This document shows positions 10,092 through 16,369 of a DNA stretch of 39,966 nt, one piece after another. The position numbers and the translations under genes were made by a program. Origin of the DNA: a candidate division WWE3 bacterium (lineage in GTDB: Bacteria > Patescibacteriota > 4484-211 > GCA-002791395); assembly GCA_013335095.1 (NCBI GenBank), contig JAAXWF010000003.1:220048-260013 (forward strand). Reading direction: 5' to 3'. Below the pieces are notes generated by a model, which did no database searches, was not told where the DNA came from, and saw only the letters and a list, made by a program, of their open reading frames with translations. The first letter of the stretch is position 1; each line of letters begins with the position of its first letter.

Positions 10092-10832
10092 TCAATCTAT
10101 ACTGTCGGTGAATTCGTAAGCAACCTGCCTGATGCCCGCCGAAGCGATTTCGATCTGTAGCCAGACCAACATCGACTCAAACTCAGACGTCATGCAGATA
10201 ACCTCCCTCATCACGATCCCGGACGAGTGGATCAAGCTGAGTACCGTTCTATCGTCGAATAGATCCACTGTCATTGTCGCTTCTGTCTGAAGTGGATCGG
10301 CGCCCAATGGTCGTTCGATCACGATTCGATAGTTCAGTTTCGCGGGCAAACTGATAGCTGTCTCGCCGTAATTGAACTCGATGCGAACTCGATGTGGATG
10401 CCCGGGCAGAGCCCTTTCAGTTAGCTCACTTCGCACAAGTGCGAGTAGCCCTTCTGAATGGACTTCCATGATAGGACTCATCGATGACGTGATCACATTG
10501 ATCTGGTTCTCAAGAAGAATACGCAAATACACACACCCGATTTCGTGTGTATTCTTTACCGTAAACACTTCTGGTCCAGCCAGAATCTTACCGTCTGAGT
10601 CATAACTCAGATAGGTTACCTGCTCACCCTTTTCTCCGGAAAAGGTGAATGCATACGTGATCGCGTACCGTACATCATCACGGAGGTGAACGACATCAAG
10701 CCACTCATACATTGCGGCTTGACCTGGAGCAGCGAAAATCATCTGAGCACTGGGTCCCTGAAATCCTTGATGAGGTTTGACAGCCACAAACAAGAGCTGT
10801 TCGACACGATCCAATGAACTGATTGCATCCAC
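10092..10832 (-). CDS. Array gene 5: two-domain hypothetical protein (GTG start), paralog of gene 1
   Basis: SD AAGGAGCGTCCT-GTG; VRSELT...GHPHRVRIEFNYG...LNYRIVIERPL..DP..TEATMT...QIEIA..G. Confidence 0.85.
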   Translation of the reverse strand: MDAISSLDRVEQLLFVAVKPHQGFQGPSAQMIFAAPGQAAMYEWLDVVHLRDDVRYAITYAFTFSGEKGEQVTYLSYDSDGKILAGPEVFTVKNTHEIGCVYLRILLENQINVITSSMSPIMEVHSEGLLALVRSELTERALPGHPHRVRIEFNYGETAISLPAKLNYRIVIERPLGADPLQTEATMTVDLFDDRTVLSLIHSSGIVMREVICMTSEFESMLVWLQIEIASAGIRQVAYEFTDSID

Positions 10833-10915
10833 AGGACGCTCCTTTACTTATATCTATAGCCGATAGTGTTGATTATATCATTTGAAAAAAATCCGGGAGC
10901 AAGATATGCCCCCGG
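10833..10915 (-). promoter_or_regulatory. Intergenic module: terminator + extended -10 + CTATCGG box + SD
   Basis: Hairpin 10893-10915; TGATATAAT (10872-10880); CTATCGG (10860-10866). Confidence 0.85.
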
Positions 10916-10933
10916 ACAGAGCGGTTTAACTCA

Positions 10934-11365
10934 TTAGTACCCTAAAGCTAGATGCATCTCTTTAGGGATGTAGTCCTTCTCATCGATGGCCTTCATGGTC
11001 AGATCTGTCATTCCAGCTTTCGTGAGTAGGCCCAGAATCCAGAAAAGGGCACCTTCAGGGTAATCGATTTCACTAATGAGGTGAACCGGAGCCCCTGCAT
11101 CTTGTTCGAGCGTTGCAATCACGAATGCTGAATCATAGACGGTACAGACAACCTGACCTGCGCCATTAAACGTACCGTCAGCATTCGGCAGTTCAATGAT
11201 TATTCGGGCACAAAGGTCCGAGCTCACCAGTGTTAGCGCTTCGCCGACGTTGAATTCAATCCGAATGCGAGGAAGGCAGCCATCGACACTTCGACCGCTA
11301 AAGAGTTCTGGAAAGTATCGCTCCAGATCCTCTTCGTTCACAACTCGATATACGACGCCTGACAT
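10934..11365 (-). CDS. Array gene 6: hypothetical protein
   Basis: SD AAGGAGCTGACC-ATG; PRIRIEFN...DLCARIIIELPNA...PEGALFWILGLLTKAG; closest to gene 7. Confidence 0.85.
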   Translation of the reverse strand: MSGVVYRVVNEEDLERYFPELFSGRSVDGCLPRIRIEFNVGEALTLVSSDLCARIIIELPNADGTFNGAGQVVCTVYDSAFVIATLEQDAGAPVHLISEIDYPEGALFWILGLLTKAGMTDLTMKAIDEKDYIPKEMHLALGY

Positions 11366-11453
11366 GGTCAGCTCCTTTCGGCATCTGCCGACATCAACGA
11401 ATCACGGTTTATGAATTGTACCATTATAAATATGGGAGCATTGCTGCTCCCAT
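11366..11453 (-). promoter_or_regulatory. Intergenic module with degenerate terminator + extended -10 + leader hairpin + SD
   Basis: ATGGGAGCA-ttgc-TGCTCCCAT (11432-11453); TGGTACAAT (11415-11423); TCGGCA-tc-TGCCGA (11378-11391). Confidence 0.75.
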
Positions 11454-11490
11454 TCATATTCACATAAAATTGTGGACGAACCCCGATCAC

Positions 11491-11895
11491 TTAATCGATC
11501 GCAATATACGCTTCAGCTGGTACCTGAACCTCTTCCTGAATGCAACTGAGCCTGAGGTTATTAACCCCGGCATTGCCAATAAGCTCAAGCATCCATGCAA
11601 GAAATCCATCAGGATTATCCAGCGGTCCGAGCAATACCGGTAAGCTCGGATCGGGGAAGGTAATCACCGCGACGCAGATGTACACATCCATCTTGATCTG
11701 CTCGGCTAAACCACCAGCATTCGGACGGTTTATTATGATACGAAAGCACAGATCCGTGGCTTCGGTTTCCAGCAACTCACTTGAGTTTATCTGAACGAGT
11801 GCCTCAAGGTTGCGTCCGTGCGTCAAGTTATCCGTGATCTCTTTCTTCCAGAGCTCTAAAAGCTCTTCGTCAAAAATAACTCGATACTCTGACAT
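11491..11895 (-). CDS. Array gene 7: hypothetical protein
   Basis: SD AAGGAGCTGACCT-ATG; YRV..EE.LE, DLCFRIIINRPNA, PDGFLAWML.L...AG shared with gene 6. Confidence 0.85.
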   Translation of the reverse strand: MSEYRVIFDEELLELWKKEITDNLTHGRNLEALVQINSSELLETEATDLCFRIIINRPNAGGLAEQIKMDVYICVAVITFPDPSLPVLLGPLDNPDGFLAWMLELIGNAGVNNLRLSCIQEEVQVPAEAYIAID

Positions 11896-11988
11896 AGGTC
11901 AGCTCCTTATGGCATACGCCATCTTCGATCAATTACGGCATCTGGATTGTACCATCAAATGAAAAAACCGGGAGCGTGATGCCCCCGG
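11896..11988 (-). promoter_or_regulatory. Intergenic module: terminator + extended -10 + leader hairpin + SD
   Basis: Hairpin 11968-11988; TGGTACAAT (11946-11954); ATGGC-atac-GCCAT (11909-11922). Confidence 0.85.
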
Positions 11989-12009
11989 TACCTTGTATTT
12001 GGCTTTTGT

Positions 12010-12432
12010 TTACACCGACAAATCGTCAAAGCTGAATGAAACTTCAACGATCGGATCACATACATCCATGTGGATGTTCGTGTTTAAGGTTTGTCCAATA
12101 ATCTCGAAAACACGCGACACAAAAGTCGCGATATTTTCGATGTCACACACTAAGATCTCACTACGAACAATGCCACCACTCAACGTTCGTTGAAGAAACG
12201 CCTTATTGGCGTGCAACGAAACATATGTTGCCACCTGGCCCGAAAAGCCAGGTTGATCATACGGTGGTCGCTCGATGACAATTCGACGATAAACCGCTAC
12301 TGATCCAAGGGGAGCGGCTTCACGAAGCCACGTAATCCTTGGCTGGACTCCTGACGGATGACGATATTGCAATTCCTGAGTGAGGCTCTGCAATACCTCC
12401 TCTATGGAGACATGACGCTGGGGGTCGGCCAT
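12010..12432 (-). CDS. Array gene 8: hypothetical protein (start revised to ATG 12432); second gene of a bicistronic unit
   Basis: GGAGG-aagtt-ATG 12 nt after the gene 9 stop; QPRIT...RRIVIERP.YDQPG. Confidence 0.8.
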   Translation of the reverse strand: MADPQRHVSIEEVLQSLTQELQYRHPSGVQPRITWLREAAPLGSVAVYRRIVIERPPYDQPGFSGQVATYVSLHANKAFLQRTLSGGIVRSEILVCDIENIATFVSRVFEIIGQTLNTNIHMDVCDPIVEVSFSFDDLSV

Positions 12433-12444
12433 AACTTCCTCCAA

Positions 12445-12861
12445 TTACATGTATCCGAGGGGTTCCTTAAGACGATCAGGCATGTCTTGGGGAAGATCCT
12501 CAAGCTCCTCAATCTTAAAGCTTGCGATCCCACATCGCTTCAAGATTGTCAGAATCCATCCAAGCACGTCATTCGGATCAACGATCTCACACACGGACAT
12601 CATTGCAGGCTTGTCTGCGTCCTGATACTGAATGACAAGCTCCGCGGCCTCCTCATAAATATCGAGGGTGATAGTTGACGCTATTAGCGTCGGCTCAGGC
12701 GTGCTTGAGGTGATCACGATCCGATATGCCAAAACGGAGACTATCAGCTCCTCAGTGCACAGAAACAAGACTGCGTTAGCCGTATTCCCAGCTCGAGACT
12801 GATCCAGTAACTCTGATTCAATGCTCAGAAGCAGCGAATCGTCCGATACGAGATCTGACAT
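12445..12861 (-). CDS. Array gene 9: hypothetical protein (start revised to ATG 12861)
   Basis: SD AAGGAGCTGACT-ATG; the longer ORF call runs through promoter and terminator; LAYRIVI, IYEEAAELVIQY, DVLGWIL...GI and terminal LGY resemble genes 2 and 6. Confidence 0.85.
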   Translation of the reverse strand: MSDLVSDDSLLLSIESELLDQSRAGNTANAVLFLCTEELIVSVLAYRIVITSSTPEPTLIASTITLDIYEEAAELVIQYQDADKPAMMSVCEIVDPNDVLGWILTILKRCGIASFKIEELEDLPQDMPDRLKEPLGYM

Positions 12862-12959
12862 AGTCAGCTCCTTTACCAACTTCTTGTTGGCATAAACTAG
12901 GGCCGATAGTGTATTGATTGTACCATGAAAAAAAATGCCGGGAACAAAACGTCCCCGGC
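12862..12959 (-). promoter_or_regulatory. Intergenic module: terminator + extended -10 + CTATCGG box + leader hairpin + SD
   Basis: Hairpin 12937-12959; TGGTACAAT (12917-12925); CTATCGG (12903-12909); CCAAC-ttctt-GTTGG (12876-12890). Confidence 0.85.
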
Positions 12960-12982
12960 TGTTTGAGAAAGATGCCAAACCT

Positions 12983-13357
12983 TTACCGAGATGAGTACAT
13001 CGGATGAACCATGCGGATCATACAAAGTCCCATCTGGGCAGTCCACTCATGGACAAAGTCCATAAGCTGACACTTATTAACTTCATTAAACACACGGGGT
13101 GCACGTACGACCTGCCCCATCGCTTGTGTTTCATACATCTGAGCCGTGCCATCGTTCTCAACAACGAGATGGACACATTCGTCTAGAACAGCGTTCGGTC
13201 CAAATTCCGACTTACGGCGATGCTGCGCAATTATCGCGCGAACATCTCCGGTGTCATCGGTAAGGATATGCACAAACGGCATATCAAAACCGACCCGGGG
13301 TGCGGTCATAAGTACATATACCCGATGAATATCGGGCGCCGCGACTATGTGGTTCAT
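12983..13357 (-). CDS. Array gene 10: hypothetical protein; second gene of a bicistronic unit
   Basis: AGGAG SD within the 14-nt gap after the gene 11 stop; P..GF..P...and G....P.VF pattern resembles the N-domain of genes 1 and 5. Confidence 0.75.
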   Translation of the reverse strand: MNHIVAAPDIHRVYVLMTAPRVGFDMPFVHILTDDTGDVRAIIAQHRRKSEFGPNAVLDECVHLVVENDGTAQMYETQAMGQVVRAPRVFNEVNKCQLMDFVHEWTAQMGLCMIRMVHPMYSSR

Positions 13358-13371
13358 TGCCCATCTCCTAG

Positions 13372-13791
13372 TTAGATAAGGGGGAAACCGATTTCACTAT
13401 CATTCGTGCCAAGGGTATGAACGTAAACAGTCACGATTGGCAATCCCGCACATAAGGCGAGTACGATTCCGATGATCCGGTCTGACGATTCCATATCGAA
13501 TCGCTGGGGTTGATTACGAACATATCCGCCATGAAATGACGTCACAAACTCCACAAACCCTACACCGAACTGAATAAACGTGGTGCTCGTTTTTACGGCA
13601 CCAGGTTGTTCACTCACATCCCATTCAATCACTACCCGTCCGTTGATCGTTAGAGTCTCGGGTGATACAGGATCTTCGATGAGGATCGTTATCCGAGGGG
13701 GAAAACCTTCGACGCATTTTCGCTTGATTCTACGTTGCAGTTCCTGCAAAGCATAGATCAGGCTAGCGTTCTCCAGATCACTTCCTGACAT
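13372..13791 (-). CDS. Array gene 11: hypothetical protein (start revised to ATG 13791)
   Basis: SD AAGGAGCTGACC-ATG; PPRIT...GRVVIEWD..EQPG...S.TFI; closest to gene 13. Confidence 0.85.
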   Translation of the reverse strand: MSGSDLENASLIYALQELQRRIKRKCVEGFPPRITILIEDPVSPETLTINGRVVIEWDVSEQPGAVKTSTTFIQFGVGFVEFVTSFHGGYVRNQPQRFDMESSDRIIGIVLALCAGLPIVTVYVHTLGTNDSEIGFPLI

Positions 13792-13873
13792 GGTCAGCTC
13801 CTTTATACTCAATCGACCGATAGTCAAAGTGATTGTATCATAAAAAAACCCGGATGCGATGTGCACCCGGGTT
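13792..13873 (-). promoter_or_regulatory. Intergenic module: terminator + extended -10 + CTATCGG box + SD
   Basis: Hairpin 13847-13873; TGATACAAT (13832-13840); CTATCGG (13817-13823). Confidence 0.85.
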
Positions 13874-13897
13874 CCGTTTGACTCGAATCTGCTTTGG

Positions 13898-14305
13898 TTA
13901 GTGGATCGGTCGATCAAGAACGATGTCGTTGGTTTGCGCCTCACGAATCGAGGTGATTTGTTGCAGCGCGCATAAGCGACGGATGGCTGCGATCGTCTCT
14001 TCAACCGAATCAATTGGGTAGTAAAGCGAAGCGGTTCGCTTTAGGCCTCCGTCGTAGACAGTGAATAATTCGACTTCATTGTCGTAGAAGACGACAAACA
14101 TCGTCTCATTCCCAGCTAAGCCAGGGCGGAATCGGGGATTCCTTTCGATCACGAACCTCGCCCTAAGCAACGTAGCGTATCGCGTGGCGACGGCACCGTC
14201 ATTTTTCAGGAGAGTAACCCGAGGAGCTCGGGTTTTCTCAGGATCGAAATGAAGCGACACAGCGACCTCGGCTAAAAGCCGTTCCATCGGATGGCTGTCT
14301 GACAT
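13898..14305 (-). CDS. Array gene 12: hypothetical protein
   Basis: SD AAAGGA-CTGACC-ATG; APRVTL...ARFVIERNP...PG...VELFT..DGG. Confidence 0.85.
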   Translation of the reverse strand: MSDSHPMERLLAEVAVSLHFDPEKTRAPRVTLLKNDGAVATRYATLLRARFVIERNPRFRPGLAGNETMFVVFYDNEVELFTVYDGGLKRTASLYYPIDSVEETIAAIRRLCALQQITSIREAQTNDIVLDRPIH

Positions 14306-14352
14306 GGTCAGTCCTTTCCTTATATGTGATATCCGATAGTGATATTATAGCA
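14306..14352 (-). promoter_or_regulatory. Extended -10 + CTATCGG box + SD (no terminator hairpin upstream)
   Basis: TGCTATAAT (14344-14352); CTATCGG (14333-14339). Confidence 0.8.
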
Positions 14353-14379
14353 TCCCATAGTACTCATTTATATGAACGG

Positions 14380-14808
14380 TTATGAATCGGACATTCCTAT
14401 ATCAAAAGACTCTTTTTTGTCCGAAATACTTACGGGAATCTTGTGCACCTGAATTATTTTGATATCGTAGGTTGCGCCTAAAATGAACAATGCTCCAAGA
14501 ATAACTGACGGGGATTCCACACTAGCAATGTGATATGGACCATGAGTAAATCCACCATCGTCAGTAGTAAATAGCACCACTTGATTTGGAAGTAGATCAA
14601 TAAAGGTGCGAGATTGTCCTATACCACCAGGATGGTCTTTTAGATCCCACTCGATAGCTATTCTACCGGTGAGCTCAGTTAAACATCCCGCCAGTGCCGT
14701 AGGGTGAATTGCGACACTGATACGACCAAAGCTTCCTTTCGAATGGGTCGTTTCCAAGATATGTCGCAGTTGAGCGAGCAAATCATCTAGTGTTACCTCG
14801 ACTGACAT
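14380..14808 (-). CDS. Array gene 13: hypothetical protein
   Basis: SD GAGGAGG; GRIS...GRIAIEWD..DHPG...SRTFI...VVLFT..DGG...ES...ILG. Confidence 0.85.
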   Translation of the reverse strand: MSVEVTLDDLLAQLRHILETTHSKGSFGRISVAIHPTALAGCLTELTGRIAIEWDLKDHPGGIGQSRTFIDLLPNQVVLFTTDDGGFTHGPYHIASVESPSVILGALFILGATYDIKIIQVHKIPVSISDKKESFDIGMSDS

Positions 14809-14892
14809 AAGCCCTCCTCACATAACGGATGATTGAACCTATAAAATTATATAGTATTTGAATTAAATGCCGGAAAGTTAGACTTCCCGGCA
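14809..14892 (-). promoter_or_regulatory. Intergenic module: terminator + -10 + SD
   Basis: TGCCGGAAAGT-tag-ACTTCCCGGCA (14868-14892); TATAAT on - (14846-14851), no TGn extension. Confidence 0.75.
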
Positions 14893-14899
14893 GGCATTA

Positions 14900-15301
14900 T
14901 CACACCATAGAATCAGGAGATGCGTCATGTGCTCGTACAAAAACAATTTGCGCACCAACAGATCGTATAGTCGCGGCACACACTATGTGACCGACGATAG
15001 CGATCGGGTCAATATCCTCAAATCGCTCAACATCACGAGAGTTGACGCCGGCAGCAATCACTTCTCGAATCTGCAAAGAATGCATTCCCGAATCACTCAT
15101 ACTAAAGAGATACAAGTACGTGACTCGACTCTCTCCTCCAGGAGCCTGCGGATCATCGTGCTCAATAATGATCCGTCGGATAGTTGGTTCGGTGTGCATA
15201 CCAGAGGCGAGTACGGTAAGTGTAATATTGTGTCGCGTCTTTTGTCGATCTATATGCCGACTAATGTGCTCAACAAGTCCTGGGGGAAGACTGATGGCCA
15301 T
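14900..15301 (-). CDS. Array gene 14: hypothetical protein (start revised to ATG 15301)
   Basis: SD AAGGAGTGGTCAT-ATG; RRIIIEHDDPQAPGG...TYL...DIDP. Confidence 0.8.
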   Translation of the reverse strand: MAISLPPGLVEHISRHIDRQKTRHNITLTVLASGMHTEPTIRRIIIEHDDPQAPGGESRVTYLYLFSMSDSGMHSLQIREVIAAGVNSRDVERFEDIDPIAIVGHIVCAATIRSVGAQIVFVRAHDASPDSMV

Positions 15302-15385
15302 ATGACCACTCCTTATGATTACAACACCTGATTGTAAGTTTTTAGATTGTAACATGAAAAAGGGGAGGCAACGGTCTGCCTCCCC
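15302..15385 (-). promoter_or_regulatory. Intergenic module: terminator + extended -10 + leader hairpin + SD
   Basis: GGGGAGGCA-acggtc-TGCCTCCCC (15362-15385); TGTTACAAT (15346-15354); TTACAA...TTGTAA (15319-15337). Confidence 0.8.
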
Positions 15386-15393
15386 GGTTTGAA

Positions 15394-15762
15394 CTACGAC
15401 TGGTCCTCAGTTTCGAGGACAAACAGGATCGACTGCGCAAGTTGTGCGCAGCACCATACCAGACACTCCATGATCCGGCTCGGATGAATGTCCTTTATCA
15501 CCGACTGCTCGGTGCAAAGGCCAGATTCTTCGAAATACAGGTGCTGACCCAACAGAGACACGACGATCCTCCGCTGCTCTGTTCCGGCTTCATCGTAGTG
15601 GAGGATTTGAATCACATCAGGTATGGCACCATACGATGTCGTGATTACCCGAACCGCAACCTCATGACCGGGCAAAGCCGGTAACATGAGCATGAGCTGA
15701 GCCCGAAGAATCACGTCGCGGATGTCCTGGCAGAACCCAGTTCCGGCAATTGTGTCAGACAT
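15394..15762 (-). CDS. Array gene 15: hypothetical protein
   Basis: SD AAAGGA; contains ALPGH (as gene 5) and KDIHPSRIM (compare EDIDPIAI in gene 14, YVDPSQLM in gene 16). Confidence 0.75.
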   Translation of the reverse strand: MSDTIAGTGFCQDIRDVILRAQLMLMLPALPGHEVAVRVITTSYGAIPDVIQILHYDEAGTEQRRIVVSLLGQHLYFEESGLCTEQSVIKDIHPSRIMECLVWCCAQLAQSILFVLETEDQS

Positions 15763-15875
15763 AACCTGACGTCCTTTGCTCTATGCGGATTAACCGATAG
15801 TACGTAGTATATCATAAATGAAAGTAGTAGCTAAAAAATACAAAATGAAAGCCGAGAGAAAAAACTTCTCCCGGC
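15763..15875 (-). promoter_or_regulatory. Intergenic module: terminator + extended -10 + CTATCGG box + SD
   Basis: Hairpin 15851-15875; TGATATACT (15806-15814); CTATCGG (15794-15800). Confidence 0.8.
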
Positions 15876-15883
15876 CCGTTTTA

Positions 15884-16228
15884 CTAACGTGTAATTATGC
15901 GAACCTCACCGTCGAAATGATCGTTAATGAGTTTCATGAGTTGAGAAGGATCAACGTAGGCAAGTTGCTGCTTACTATCGATCCATTCTCCACCATTGTG
16001 TCCGATATGGTATCGAATCCCGCCTGCATCAATAATGAAGAAGACGGAATGAGTTCGATAAGTGCCAATCGAACGCTTGTGGCGGTGATTTACCACGATC
16101 TGCTCAAGGGACCTTGCGTCATCGACAAAACGATAGATCAACAGGATTTCTGGTTGATTATAGTCTTGAGCCTGAGCTAGGCTCTCTCGCAAAAGCTCCA
16201 GGACATGCTGTCCGCCAACGGCTTGCAT
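15884..16228 (-). CDS. Array gene 16 (first in transcription order): hypothetical protein
   Basis: SD AAGGAGCTTGCA-ATG; TGGTATAAT at 16277-16285; LELL helix, QIVVNHR strand, VDPSQLM helix cap. Confidence 0.8.
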   Translation of the reverse strand: MQAVGGQHVLELLRESLAQAQDYNQPEILLIYRFVDDARSLEQIVVNHRHKRSIGTYRTHSVFFIIDAGGIRYHIGHNGGEWIDSKQQLAYVDPSQLMKLINDHFDGEVRIITR

Positions 16229-16369
16229 TGCAAGCTCCTTCCATATTGTGAAGTTCGCTTAAAACCGCGCAAATCGATTATACCAATTCAATGTAACTTT
16301 AAAACCTGTAGTATACTCATACCTGAGAATCGGTCTCATGATTGGCAAGGATAGGTAGGAGGACCAACA

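Larger units (their letters stand above)
7611..16285 (-). other. Tandem array of 16 small, co-oriented, divergent paralog-like genes with repeated promoter/RBS/terminator modules
   Basis: 16 minus-strand ORFs of 114-247 aa; 13 related hairpins; 14 -10 promoters; shared protein motifs; higher GC than flanks (spot counts 30/60 at 7741-7800 versus 14/60 at 4501-4560). Confidence 0.9.

Noticed and set aside
12862-14013. Long N-terminal extensions of ORFs 12445-12978 and 13372-14013 (also 14900-15355, 19043, 20542, 23015, 34134)
   Set aside because: They run through promoters, terminators or neighbouring genes. Internal ATGs have the proper SD or -10 context.
7641-16180. Plus-strand ORFs overlapping the array (e.g. 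8058-8363, 12358-12678, 14927-15331, 15818-16180)
   Set aside because: Antisense shadows of minus-strand genes that have SD, promoter, terminator and family motifs.
7611-16285. Integron cassette array (attC sites)
   Set aside because: Hairpins are short U-tailed terminators without RYYYAAC/GTTRRRY ends. Units carry their own promoters, the genes are paralog-like, and no IntI is in the window.
7611-16285. CRISPR array or REP/MITE family
   Set aside because: Repeats are degenerate, spaced by whole genes and explained as terminators/promoters. No cas gene, transposase or target-site duplication was seen.
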